A stretch of 64,000 bases of DNA from Smithella sp. (lineage in GTDB: Bacteria > Desulfobacterota > Syntrophia > Syntrophales > Smithellaceae), in NCBI GenBank assembly GCA_052139735.1, contig JBKQWB010000038.1, forward strand, positions 37,766 through 101,765, given 5' to 3'. Below, one piece after another: positions 28,566-38,335 of the stretch. The notes beneath the pieces were generated by a model, which saw nothing but the letters and a program-made list of their open reading frames with translations, searched no databases and was not told the DNA's origin. A program made the translations under genes and the position numbers. The first letter of the stretch is position 1, and every line of letters starts with the position of its first letter.

Positions 28566-29645
28566 TTAAGTGTGAACCCTATAGAAAAGAACTGCCGCTA
28601 GAGCGGCAAATAATATATTTGCCCCCCAGGCGGCAAGGAATACCGGTAGTATTTCCGACCTGCCCAAAGACATGCAAAAAGCATGAACTATCCAATAAGA
28701 AAATCCTATAAAAATACCTAATCCGATGCTTTGCATTGCTCCGCCGCTTCGCTCCGAGCGCAAAGAAAAAGGCACAGCGATAAAAACCATAATCAGGATT
28801 ACCATTGGAAAAGCAATTTTCCCCTGTAATTCTACCAGATATTTAGTGACGTCATATCCTTCCAGACGTATTTTTTTAACATATTTACTAAGTTCAAAGT
28901 AACCCATTTTTTCCACATCTTTTTGCATTACTTTAAAGTCATTCGGCTTTTCCGGAATATTTATTACTTTTTCTTTAGACCATTCCAGGACTGGGTTGTT
29001 ATTATTATCAAAATGCGTGATCAGCAAATTGTAAAAAACCCATTGATTGTTTTTCCATTCAGCACTTTGAGCATCAATGCGGCTCATTAGAGTAAAATCG
29101 GGGTTTAAGTAATTAATAGTTACACCACGGATGGTATTTTTATCTACATCAAACATTTTAAAGTTATAAACCGCATTTTCTCCATGATACCAGATTTCAT
29201 TTTGTTTGAAGAATCCCAGTGTCTTTTGTTTCTGCACATCGACTTTCACAATGTATTCTGTTTTTTGAACCGATGCAGGTGAGATTAACTCGCTGAAATA
29301 AAATAAAAAAACAGCCGCTATCGCGGCAAAAATGATAAGGGGCAGAGAAATCCGGTAAATATTGATTCCATTGGCTTTCATTGCTGTAATTTCGTTAAAT
29401 TTTGATAATGAGCTGAATGTCATTAATGTTGCCAGAAGAACGGCGGGCGGAAAAATATAGGATATGATCATAGGTATAGAATAAACGAAATATGATGCCA
29501 TTTGACCGACAGAGGCATTATTGCTCAGAAACATCCTGATTTTATCAAAGAAATCGACGATTAAAAAAAGCGCAATAAAAGATAAAACAGTGATGACTAG
29601 AATTTTTAAAAACTCTTTCAGAATATATTTATCCAGAAGTTTCAA
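28566..29645 (-). CDS. lptG: LPS export ABC transporter permease LptG
   Basis: 359 aa YjgP/YjgQ-family permease. It is the second gene of the pair, as in the lptF-lptG operon order. Confidence 0.8.
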   Translation of the reverse strand: MKLLDKYILKEFLKILVITVLSFIALFLIVDFFDKIRMFLSNNASVGQMASYFVYSIPMIISYIFPPAVLLATLMTFSSLSKFNEITAMKANGINIYRISLPLIIFAAIAAVFLFYFSELISPASVQKTEYIVKVDVQKQKTLGFFKQNEIWYHGENAVYNFKMFDVDKNTIRGVTINYLNPDFTLMSRIDAQSAEWKNNQWVFYNLLITHFDNNNNPVLEWSKEKVINIPEKPNDFKVMQKDVEKMGYFELSKYVKKIRLEGYDVTKYLVELQGKIAFPMVILIMVFIAVPFSLRSERSGGAMQSIGLGIFIGFSYWIVHAFCMSLGRSEILPVFLAAWGANILFAALAAVLFYRVHT

Positions 29646-29655
29646 TGTATAAACC

Positions 29656-30813
29656 TCAATTGTTTTTGTTTCCGCGCGTTAAAAAATCATTTGCTTTTTG
29701 AAAAAAAGAAATTTCTTTATTGGCCATATAAAGAAGACAGGTTCCCATTAAAGCAAATATTAAACTTGGCACCCAAACACCTAATGCAGGAGAAATATAG
29801 CCTGTTTCCGCAAACGCTTCTCCGCCGATACGCAATAAGTAATATAAAGAAACAACGATAAGGCCAACGGCAAATCCTCTCGATTTTACAGAGCGATGAC
29901 TTCTTATGCCCAGCGGCAGGGCAAGCATACCAAAAAAAATACAGGAAAGAGGTATTGTAATTTTCTTGTGAACTTCAATGGCCAATTCCCGAATGGCTGC
30001 CGGATCCAAGCCGGGTTTTTTCATCTTCGCCAGAAGCTCGCGAACAGTCATTTCCGTACTGGATTTGGAAGACTCATCAATACTGGCTAAAGCTGTGGAT
30101 AAATCAAGATTAATGTCATAACTTTTAAAATCAATTTTGCGGTAATTCTTTAAATCGGCACTTACCGTGTGAATGGAACCGTCTTCCAGTGTAAGTTTTA
30201 CCTTCATTGATTCAGGATCGGAAACCAAATAAGCTCTTTTGGCCAGTATGGTATTTTGTTCACCGATTATACGGTTATCGGAAACAATAATGCCCTCCAT
30301 ATAATTTTTATTGTCGGGAATTTTTTCCGCGTAAAAAAGAAAACCCTTAAAGTCGGCATTGAAAACTTTTTCTTTAATGCCAATAGTGGCATTTTGTTGT
30401 ACGATATTAAAAAGCAGGCGCTTGGTAGCGAAATTGCTCTGCGGTACGAGAAAATAACTGGTAAAGATTGTAAATGCAAAAGTAATCAATGAAGCAACCG
30501 CTACAGGATAATATATTTGCATCAGGCTGATACCGGAAGTCTTAAGAGCCGTTATTTCGTTGTCTGCAGACAGCCTGCCCATGGCAATAAGTATGGCTAT
30601 CAAAAGGGCAATCGGAACAGTGAACAACATAAAAGAAGGCAAGAGAAAAAAAATAATCTTTAATATGGAAAAAACATTGACGCCCTTATTGATAACCAGA
30701 TCCATGATCTGAAGGATTTTCCCCATAAGCAGAACAAAAGTCAGAATGAATAAAATAATTATAAAAGGATATGCAATTTCTTTGAATATATATCGGTTAA
30801 TGATTTTGCGCAT
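29656..30813 (-). CDS. lptF: LPS export ABC transporter permease LptF
   Basis: 385 aa YjgP/YjgQ-family permease (six TM segments plus a periplasmic beta-jellyroll region). It is the first gene of the pair. Confidence 0.8.
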   Translation of the reverse strand: MRKIINRYIFKEIAYPFIIILFILTFVLLMGKILQIMDLVINKGVNVFSILKIIFFLLPSFMLFTVPIALLIAILIAMGRLSADNEITALKTSGISLMQIYYPVAVASLITFAFTIFTSYFLVPQSNFATKRLLFNIVQQNATIGIKEKVFNADFKGFLFYAEKIPDNKNYMEGIIVSDNRIIGEQNTILAKRAYLVSDPESMKVKLTLEDGSIHTVSADLKNYRKIDFKSYDINLDLSTALASIDESSKSSTEMTVRELLAKMKKPGLDPAAIRELAIEVHKKITIPLSCIFFGMLALPLGIRSHRSVKSRGFAVGLIVVSLYYLLRIGGEAFAETGYISPALGVWVPSLIFALMGTCLLYMANKEISFFQKANDFLTRGNKNN

Positions 30814-30988
30814 TTAATTATCAACTTTTTCTTTTAAAAGTAACACGTATTGATAAATTTTCTCAAGTAAAACATAAATGGCCTGATAAAAAAGTTATTT
30901 TAATTAAATGCGGAATAGAATATGGTTTTGTTCATTTTTAAGAAAAATATCGCGAATAATTATTTTTAACTCAAAAAGCATTCATTTA

Positions 30989-31017
30989 TTGACAGTTGCA
31001 GCCATTTTCCCTATATT
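30989..31017 (+). promoter_or_regulatory. Strong sigma70-type promoter for the LPS-modification cluster
   Basis: TTGACA at 30989-30994, an exact 17 nt spacer, then TATATT at 31012-31017, about 45 nt upstream of the GT9 gene. Confidence 0.6.
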
Positions 31018-31059
31018 AAACCACTATTTTTATTCTCCCTTTTTAAGAAGGATAAGTTT

Positions 31060-32292
31060 ATGAAAGTTGATACAATGCGGCATGTTGATTATTATGTCGG
31101 TGTTCCTCTTTGTTTTCTTGGTTCCTTGTGTCAAAAAGCTATGAAATTGTTGGTCAGGCGCGATAAAAAAACGCCGAAGAACGTTTTGTTTATCGAATTA
31201 TCGGAAATGGGCAGCGCCATTTTGGTTGATCCGGCGATGAGAAAATTGCAGAAAGAAGGGGGGGCTAACCTTCATTTTGCAATTTTTAAGAAAAATAAAC
31301 CCAGCCTCGATTTATTGGGCACAGTTCCTCAGGAAAATATTTATACAATCCGCGAAGACAGCTTTCTTTCATTGGCGCTGGACGGTATAAAATTCTTTTA
31401 CTGGACAAGAAAAAGAAAAATCGATGCAGTAATTGATCTGGAACTTTTTTCACGGGTCACGGCTTTGCTTACCGGTTTCAGCGGCGCTCCGTTAAAGGTC
31501 GGCTTTCATGCCTATTACAATGAAGGGCTTTACCGGGGAGATTTTTTGTCGCACAAAGTCGCCTATAATCCTCATATTCATATCGCGAAAAATTTTATTG
31601 CCCTGGTAAATGCCTTATTGTCATCAAAAGAAGAAATTCCCTATTCGAAGACAATGATTTCCGACGATGAAATCCGTCTAGCCAAAGTTAAATTCTCCGT
31701 GGACGAGAAAAAAACAGTCATGGACATTGTTCGCGAATGTTTTGAAAAATATAATGCTGAAAAACACAAAATAATATTAATCAATCCCAACGCCAGCGAA
31801 CTTCTTATCCAGCGCCGCTGGCCGCAGGAAAATTATACGCAATTAATAAAAATGATTCTGGATAATTGCTCAAAAGCAATTGTCTTAATTACGGGCGATC
31901 CACGCGAAAGGGAAGAAGCCGGGCACCTCAAAGAGCAGGTGCAAGATGAAAGATGTGTTAATTTTGCGGGGAAAGTAAAATTTGCCCAGCTTCCATTGCT
32001 CTACAGTATTTCCGAATTCATGGTGACCAATGATTCAGGTCCTCCGCATTTTGCCGCAGTAACCGATATGCCGACATTTGTAATTTTTGGTCCGGAAACA
32101 CCGGCACTATATGGATCACTGGGAAAAACCACGCCTATTTATGCCGGATTGGCTTGCTCACCCTGTGTAAGCGCGGCAAACCACCGTAAAACGGCATGCA
32201 GGGATAATGTCTGCCTGAAAATTATAAAACCTTCGCAGGTCTTTGAAATTATCCGGCCTGACTTAGAGAAAATTAATGCCGAAAGCGAATAA
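31060..32292 (+). CDS. Glycosyltransferase family 9 (heptosyltransferase-like)
   Basis: 410 aa. The C-terminal region FMVTNDSGPPHFAAVTDMPTFVIFGPETP is typical of ADP-heptose:LPS heptosyltransferase-type GT-B enzymes. Confidence 0.7.
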   Translation: MKVDTMRHVDYYVGVPLCFLGSLCQKAMKLLVRRDKKTPKNVLFIELSEMGSAILVDPAMRKLQKEGGANLHFAIFKKNKPSLDLLGTVPQENIYTIREDSFLSLALDGIKFFYWTRKRKIDAVIDLELFSRVTALLTGFSGAPLKVGFHAYYNEGLYRGDFLSHKVAYNPHIHIAKNFIALVNALLSSKEEIPYSKTMISDDEIRLAKVKFSVDEKKTVMDIVRECFEKYNAEKHKIILINPNASELLIQRRWPQENYTQLIKMILDNCSKAIVLITGDPREREEAGHLKEQVQDERCVNFAGKVKFAQLPLLYSISEFMVTNDSGPPHFAAVTDMPTFVIFGPETPALYGSLGKTTPIYAGLACSPCVSAANHRKTACRDNVCLKIIKPSQVFEIIRPDLEKINAESE

Positions 32293-33721
32293 ACACATAT
32301 TTTTCTTGATTGGTTTCTTCACTTTAATCCGTCTTGTTGCAGCGCCATTATTCGGATTGGGTGTTGATGAAGCCCATTATGTTTTATACGCGAAATATCT
32401 CGACTGGAGTTACGTTGATCATCCGCCGCTTGTGGGCTGGGTGCACGCGCCGTTATTTTATATTTTCGGAACAAATGAGTTTCTTGCCCGTCTGCCGGCG
32501 ATTTTAATCTTTGCCGCCGCTTCTTACTGTGCCTATTTATTTATATTAAGAATCACTCAATCGATACGGTTGTCATTGCTGTCCGTTCTGGCGTTGAATT
32601 GTTCTTTTATGCTCAATGCTTTGGGGCTGATGCTTCTGCCGGATTCTTTTCTGTTGCTGTTTGTTTTTCTGCTGATATTTGTTTCCGAAAAGATACTTCG
32701 TGAAAAGAAACCGCTGGATTTTATTTTACTGGGAGTTTTATTTGGTTTAATGGGATTGGCCAAATATACTTCGATCTTACTTGTGCCGCCGCTGGTAATA
32801 TTTTTTCTCATGAAAAAGAGATACGATATACTTTTCTCTCCTTACATGTTTCTGGCGGCGTTCATCGCCTTCATTTTCATTACCCCGGTAATCTATTGGA
32901 ACATGACGCATGACTTTATCAGTTTCCGCTATCAGGGCGGGCATGTTTTCGGAACTTTTGCCTCAAGTTTCAAAAATTTTGCCGAATCGCTGGCCGCGCA
33001 GTTCGGCGCTTACAACCCCTTATTATTTATAATTGCCTTTTACGGATTTTTTAAAACACTGCGCTCGTCTGATGTTTATCTGCGGCTGGCCATTTTATTT
33101 GGTGGAACGATCATGGTTTTTTTCCTGTTCACATCGTTTTATGAAAGAACTCTTCCGCACTGGCCCAGTATTTTTTATCTGCTCTTTATTCCGGTGGGAA
33201 CCTATACTCTTATACAGGCTAAAGAAAAATGGAAAAGAAACTTTCTTTATTTTTCCATCGGATTTGGCCTTGTTTTAACTTTATTTATGTATGTGGAACT
33301 TGCCGGTAAATATTTTATTTTTCCCGATTACAAATCGCCATTTCGTGATATTTATGGATTTCCCTCAATTCTCAAACAGGCCGATGAAATTATGAAAAAA
33401 AATATATCATCGGCGCCAAAAGCAATCGCGGTGAGCAATTGGACTATGGGCAGCCGGACGATGTATTATAACCTGCCATATAAAAATGAAGTATTCGTCA
33501 TTGATAACCGACAAGATCAATTTGATGTCTGGCGGAAGAAATCACCCCGGGGCTATGATCTTCTTTTCCTTAATACTCATTTTAATAATCTAGATATTGA
33601 AAAGAATGTTCGCTGCGAACGAACTGATATTGCCGGGAAGACGGATGTGTTGCTCAACGGCGCTAAAGTAGATACCGTCGACTTTGTGTGGTGTCATAAT
33701 TATCAGGGAGTGAAACCGTGA
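32276..33721 (+). CDS. Glycosyltransferase family 39 / ArnT-like polytopic membrane glycosyltransferase
   Basis: 481 aa. The N-terminal loop motif GVDEAHYVLYAKYLDWSYVDHPPLVGW is followed by multiple TM segments. Confidence 0.7.
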   Translation: MPKANKHIFFLIGFFTLIRLVAAPLFGLGVDEAHYVLYAKYLDWSYVDHPPLVGWVHAPLFYIFGTNEFLARLPAILIFAAASYCAYLFILRITQSIRLSLLSVLALNCSFMLNALGLMLLPDSFLLLFVFLLIFVSEKILREKKPLDFILLGVLFGLMGLAKYTSILLVPPLVIFFLMKKRYDILFSPYMFLAAFIAFIFITPVIYWNMTHDFISFRYQGGHVFGTFASSFKNFAESLAAQFGAYNPLLFIIAFYGFFKTLRSSDVYLRLAILFGGTIMVFFLFTSFYERTLPHWPSIFYLLFIPVGTYTLIQAKEKWKRNFLYFSIGFGLVLTLFMYVELAGKYFIFPDYKSPFRDIYGFPSILKQADEIMKKNISSAPKAIAVSNWTMGSRTMYYNLPYKNEVFVIDNRQDQFDVWRKKSPRGYDLLFLNTHFNNLDIEKNVRCERTDIAGKTDVLLNGAKVDTVDFVWCHNYQGVKP

Positions 33722-34500
33722 AAAATAAACAGACGTCAAGGCTGTTGAAAAACGCTCATCTGCTGCGTTGCGCTGCAAACCGCCCCGCTCAACGTAAATC
33801 TATATACGCCTCGCGGTTCAGTTTTTTACGCGCCTTGCATCTGAACATTTTTGAACAGCCTTCAAACGCTGGTTTTTTCAGAAACCATACTGTTATTATT
33901 GTGTTTATCCTTTCTCTAATAATGACGGTTGTTTCTTATTTATTCTGGGATGTTCCCCTGGCGGAGTATTGCCGTTATTTAAGTCCCGCTGTAAAAAATA
34001 TTGCCGATGTAATCACGCGTTTGGGAATTTCAACCTGGTATATAGTTGCCAGCATAATTTTATTTTTGTTTTTTCGTTATATTTACAAAAATGATCTGAA
34101 TGCTTCACGCTCTTTTTTTGTTTTTCTATCAGTGAGTCTTTCAGGAATTATCATCGATGTAGTGAAATGGATTGCCGGACGTTACCGGCCGATTGAATTA
34201 TTTAATCATGGCTATTTTGGATTTGAATTCTTCCGCAACGGTTATGAATGGACATCCTTTCCATCGGGTCACGCTCAAACCTCTTTTGCGCTTGCGACAG
34301 CCTTGACGATACTTTTTCCGCGTTGGGGAATACCGTTATTTATTATCGCGGGCGCGGTGGGCATCAGCAGGATAATTTTAACTTCGCATTATTTGAGTGA
34401 TGTGATTGCAGGAGCCGGTATAGGCATATTATTCACACTGGCTATAAAATATTATTTTGACCGGAAGCAAATCAAATTAACTAAAAAAATAAAAATATAA
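33718..34500 (+). CDS. PAP2-family phosphatase (lipid A phosphatase LpxE/LpxF-like)
   Basis: 260 aa with PAP2 motifs KWIAGRYRP, PSGH and SRIILTSHYLSDV. The GTG start overlaps the upstream stop (GTGA). The first ~50 codons are occupied by a GC-rich palindromic element (see findings), so the true start is uncertain. Confidence 0.7.
   Translation: MKNKQTSRLLKNAHLLRCAANRPAQRKSIYASRFSFLRALHLNIFEQPSNAGFFRNHTVIIVFILSLIMTVVSYLFWDVPLAEYCRYLSPAVKNIADVITRLGISTWYIVASIILFLFFRYIYKNDLNASRSFFVFLSVSLSGIIIDVVKWIAGRYRPIELFNHGYFGFEFFRNGYEWTSFPSGHAQTSFALATALTILFPRWGIPLFIIAGAVGISRIILTSHYLSDVIAGAGIGILFTLAIKYYFDRKQIKLTKKIKI
33738..33862. repeat. GC-rich imperfect palindromic element (REP/MITE-like) inside the 5' end of the PAP2 ORF
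   Basis: Terminal inverted arms aaggctgttgaaaaa (33738-33752) and tttttgaacagcctt (33848-33862) match at 14 of 15 positions. There is inner pairing aaccgc/gcggtt. The composition is visibly more GC-rich than the flanks. Confidence 0.45.
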
Positions 34501-34511
34501 AGAGTATTATT

Positions 34512-36182
34512 ATGCAAAAAATATATATATTATATTTGATACCTTTTATTCTTTATATCGGTTTGCTTTCTGTCATGCCGCAAATGGAACCCGACGAAGC
34601 CCGCTACAGCCTGATTTCCAGCGCCATGAATCAATCCGGAAATTATGTGACGCCTCATATTAAAAATGTAATTTACCTGGAAAAACCTCCATTGGTCTGC
34701 TGGGTGACGGCAATATTTTTTAAGATATTTGGAGAAAACGATTTTCCCGCACGTCTTTTTACTGCTTTATGCACCTGGGGATGTATTTTGCTTGCTTATT
34801 TCATGGGCAGGCATTTTCGCGATCAGGAGACGGGATTATACGCGGCAATGTTGCTAACCATTTCTCTTTATCCTTTTATCATAGGCCGTATGAATATATT
34901 AGACATGCCTCTTGCCTTTTTCGTATGTCTTTCTATCTGGCTGGGCTATCTCGCATTACAGAAACAAAACAAAAAACATCTTCTTTATTTATTTTATTTT
35001 ACCTGCGCTCTTGCCTTTTTAACAAAAGGTCTTATCGGCGTTCTCTTCCCATTCGGTATTTTGATTATCTGGCTCATTTGGGCCGGGCGGTGGCGGCAAA
35101 TATGGAGGCTGTTTTCGCCCATCGGCATATTAATATTTTCAGCGGTTGCCTGTCCCTGGTTGATTCTGGCGCAGAAGGAAAATTCCGATTTCCTGTGGTT
35201 TTTCTTTGTCCGTGAACATTTCCTGCGTTTTACAACGAAAATGCACGGCAAGACGGAACCTTTCTATTTCTATCTGCCGATAATCATTGGCGGCATGGTG
35301 CCATGGATTTTCTATTTGATAAAAGCCTGGAACAATAATTATATTAAGAAATCGTTGTTTGAGAGAGATGAAAATAAATTACTGATTGTCTGGTTTTTAT
35401 TCATTTTCATTTTTTATACTCTCTCTTCGTCCAAACTTGTGACTTACATTACCCCGCTATTTTTACCGATAGCTCTTTTCGCAGGATGTATTTTTAAAAG
35501 ATATGAAGAAGAAATATCAATGAAGCAAAATGATGGGCGGTATGTAATTTATCGCCTGGCAATTATCTTCCAGTCTTTAATATTGTTTATTGCTCTGATT
35601 CTGCCGCCTATTTTTAAAAAATATTCCGACGCAGAAAAGGGCCTGATTATAATGATTTCCGACAGATGGTGGTTATATATCTTCATACCGGTAATAGTCC
35701 TGTTTCTTATGACTTTCCTGCCGGACTTAATATATAAAAAATTCAAGAGGGGCTGGTTTTTTAGCATATATGTTCTATGCGCAATATTATTGGGCGCCAT
35801 GCTTTTCCCGATTAATGACTTTTTGTCGCCATATCGAAGCGCTAAAGTAACAAAAGAGGCAATTGCCCTCTATGTTCCTCCTGGCCGTGATTTATATCAA
35901 TACAAAGTGAATTTTTACGGCATTGACTTTTATAATAAAATAAGGACTCCGGTTGTGTCGGATTTTGGCGAACTGTCGGAAGGTATCGCCAAAATGCCCG
36001 AAAAAGAAAGAAAACATTACTTTCTTTCTCAGGATGAATTTTTTAATTTGTGCGCGGAGAAAAAAGATATATATTGCATTACTCAACACACTGAAAAATT
36101 AAGGCAAATTACGCAAAGATTTCCCCGGACGGAAGTGCTCTGGGATAATAAGGCGTTTTATCTGCTTCATATTAAAAATTAG
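34512..36182 (+). CDS. arnT: Undecaprenyl phosphate-alpha-L-Ara4N:lipid A arabinosyltransferase (ArnT family)
   Basis: 556 aa. EPDEARYSLISSAMNQSGNYVTPHIKNVIYLEKPPLVCW matches the ArnT N-terminal periplasmic-loop signature. The protein is polytopic. Confidence 0.8.
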   Translation: MQKIYILYLIPFILYIGLLSVMPQMEPDEARYSLISSAMNQSGNYVTPHIKNVIYLEKPPLVCWVTAIFFKIFGENDFPARLFTALCTWGCILLAYFMGRHFRDQETGLYAAMLLTISLYPFIIGRMNILDMPLAFFVCLSIWLGYLALQKQNKKHLLYLFYFTCALAFLTKGLIGVLFPFGILIIWLIWAGRWRQIWRLFSPIGILIFSAVACPWLILAQKENSDFLWFFFVREHFLRFTTKMHGKTEPFYFYLPIIIGGMVPWIFYLIKAWNNNYIKKSLFERDENKLLIVWFLFIFIFYTLSSSKLVTYITPLFLPIALFAGCIFKRYEEEISMKQNDGRYVIYRLAIIFQSLILFIALILPPIFKKYSDAEKGLIIMISDRWWLYIFIPVIVLFLMTFLPDLIYKKFKRGWFFSIYVLCAILLGAMLFPINDFLSPYRSAKVTKEAIALYVPPGRDLYQYKVNFYGIDFYNKIRTPVVSDFGELSEGIAKMPEKERKHYFLSQDEFFNLCAEKKDIYCITQHTEKLRQITQRFPRTEVLWDNKAFYLLHIKN

Positions 36183-36194
36183 AAAGAAGAATAA

Positions 36195-37346
36195 ATGAAA
36201 ATCAGAAAAGAGTTTCTTCCTTTTAGCCGTCCCTCCATCGGGAAGGACGAAATAAATAGAGTGACAGCCTGTTTGAAATCGGGATGGATTACGACAGGCG
36301 CGCTTTGCAAGGAATTTGAAGATAATTTCTGTCAGCTAACCGGCTCGGGGCAGGCAATATCTGTTAATTCTGCCACAGCCGGAATGCATATAGCTCTGTC
36401 GGCGCAAAACATCGGTCCGGGAGATGAAATAATAACGCCGTCCATGACGTTTGCCTCTACGGTAAACATGATTGCCCTGCGCAATGCCAAGCCGGTATTT
36501 GTTGATATTGATTATGGCACACTCAATATTAATCCGGATTTGATAGAGGAAAAAATTACAAAGAAGACAAGGGCTATTATTCCGGTGCATTTCGCGGGCG
36601 CTCCCGCGGATATGGATAAAATCAATAATCTGGCGCGCAAATATAATCTGACTGTCATTGAAGATGCCGCTCATGCCGTGGGAACTTATTATAAAGGAAT
36701 TCACGCCGGCGGTTTTGGTCATATCGCCATTTTCTCTTTTCACCCGATTAAAAATATAACCACAGCGGAAGGTGGGATGATCACGTTAAACGATGCCGTT
36801 TTAGAGAAAAAGTTGCGGTTGCTTCGATTCCATGGAATAGAAAGAGACGCTTGGAAAAGATACGGCAAGGGCGGCAATCCGGCGTATGATATTGCAGAGC
36901 CCGGTTATAAATATAATATGCCGGACATTCTGGCAGCGCTGGGATTGGCGCAATTGGAGCGCTGGCAGGAATTGAATCTGAACCGCGCAAGACTGGCGGA
37001 ACTTTATTTGGCAGGGCTTAAAGATATTTCCGGTATGGATTTGCCTGAAATTCCGGAATATGATCACACCCATGCCTGGCATCTTTTCGTGATTAAGGTA
37101 TTGGCGATAAATCGGGAGGAGTTCATGAGCAGATTATCGGATTATAATATTGGGTACGGTCTGCATTTTCCTCCGGCTCATACCTTAAGCTATGTAAAAG
37201 AAAAATACCCAGAAAGTGTCGGCATGCTTCGGGAAACTGATCGCGCGGCGGAAAAGATACTGTCGTTGCCTTTGTTTCCTGATATGCAGGAAAAAGACGT
37301 ACAGTATGTTTGTACAGCAATAAAGGAGATTATTAAGCATGGATAA
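36195..37346 (+). CDS. arnB: UDP-4-amino-4-deoxy-L-arabinose--oxoglutarate aminotransferase (DegT/DnrJ/EryC1 family)
   Basis: 383 aa with FLPFSRPSIG, the PLP-lysine context FSFHPIKNITTAEGGM, and its position in the arn cluster. Confidence 0.85.
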   Translation: MKIRKEFLPFSRPSIGKDEINRVTACLKSGWITTGALCKEFEDNFCQLTGSGQAISVNSATAGMHIALSAQNIGPGDEIITPSMTFASTVNMIALRNAKPVFVDIDYGTLNINPDLIEEKITKKTRAIIPVHFAGAPADMDKINNLARKYNLTVIEDAAHAVGTYYKGIHAGGFGHIAIFSFHPIKNITTAEGGMITLNDAVLEKKLRLLRFHGIERDAWKRYGKGGNPAYDIAEPGYKYNMPDILAALGLAQLERWQELNLNRARLAELYLAGLKDISGMDLPEIPEYDHTHAWHLFVIKVLAINREEFMSRLSDYNIGYGLHFPPAHTLSYVKEKYPESVGMLRETDRAAEKILSLPLFPDMQEKDVQYVCTAIKEIIKHG

Positions 37347-38280
37347 TGTGAAGGTGGGAGTAGTTATCCCCGTTTATAATGAAGAAGAAAACTTATCGGC
37401 ATTGATGCAGCGTCTTATGCCGGTAATGCAGGGATTGGGAAAAAGCTTCGAGATAATACTCATCGATGACGGAAGCCATGATAAATCTCTGGAAATTCTC
37501 AAAAGCTTTACGAGCGACAACCATGTTAAGGTAGTAGAGCTAACTCGCAATTACGGCCAGCACGCGGCCATTATGGCCGGTTTTACCGTTACACAGGCTG
37601 AAATTATTATTACAATGGATGCTGATTTACAAAATCCTCCAGAAGAAATACCTAAACTGGTTGGGGTCATGGAAGAGGGCAACTATGATGTTGTCGGTTC
37701 GATCAGAAGGGGACGCAAAGATTCTTTTCTGCGTATTCTGCCGTCGAAAATAATTAATGTCGTCGCCAGAAAGATTACAGGAGTCAGCATGCGTGATTGG
37801 GGATGCATGTTGCGGGCATACCGGCGTTCTGTTATTGAACGCATGATTCAATGTCATGAGCATGCTACTTTTATTCCGGCGTTAGCGACAGTATTTGCCA
37901 AACGGATCACGGAAATCGAAGTTAATCATGAAGAGCGTCATGGCGGCAAGTCCAGCTATCCTCTTGGAAAATTGATCAATCTTCAGTTTGATCTTGTGGC
38001 GTCATTTTCCGATTTTCCAATGAAGCTGATAATGTACGGCGGAATTCTGATGTCTTTTCTGGGTGTCTGCTTCGGTATATTTCTGGCAATTGCCAGACTG
38101 GTTTACGGCGCTCGATGGGCGGCGGAAGGAATATTTACACTGTTTGCCATATTGTTTGTGTTTGTCGGTCTTCAATTTTTTGCCCTGGGAGTGATCGGCG
38201 AATATATCGGCCGTATTTATGTGGAGGCCCGCAAACGGCCGGAATACGTCATTGAAAAAGTTCATGCGAAATCATCGTAA
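37339..38280 (+). CDS. arnC: Undecaprenyl-phosphate 4-deoxy-4-formamido-L-arabinose transferase (GT2)
   Basis: 313 aa with VVIPVYNEEENL, ILIDDGSHD, MDADLQNPPEEIP and two C-terminal TM helices. Confidence 0.85.
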   Translation: MDNVKVGVVIPVYNEEENLSALMQRLMPVMQGLGKSFEIILIDDGSHDKSLEILKSFTSDNHVKVVELTRNYGQHAAIMAGFTVTQAEIIITMDADLQNPPEEIPKLVGVMEEGNYDVVGSIRRGRKDSFLRILPSKIINVVARKITGVSMRDWGCMLRAYRRSVIERMIQCHEHATFIPALATVFAKRITEIEVNHEERHGGKSSYPLGKLINLQFDLVASFSDFPMKLIMYGGILMSFLGVCFGIFLAIARLVYGARWAAEGIFTLFAILFVFVGLQFFALGVIGEYIGRIYVEARKRPEYVIEKVHAKSS

Positions 38281-38335
38281 ATTAATTTAAGAGATTCAGG
38301 CTATATCCCTGCGGTTTAAAGGAGAAGTTATAAAT

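Noticed and set aside
34769-35251. Alternative-frame ORFs inside arnT (34769..35215 +, 34994..35251 -)
   Set aside because: They are embedded in a well-supported polytopic ArnT ORF, have no motifs, and have atypical composition.
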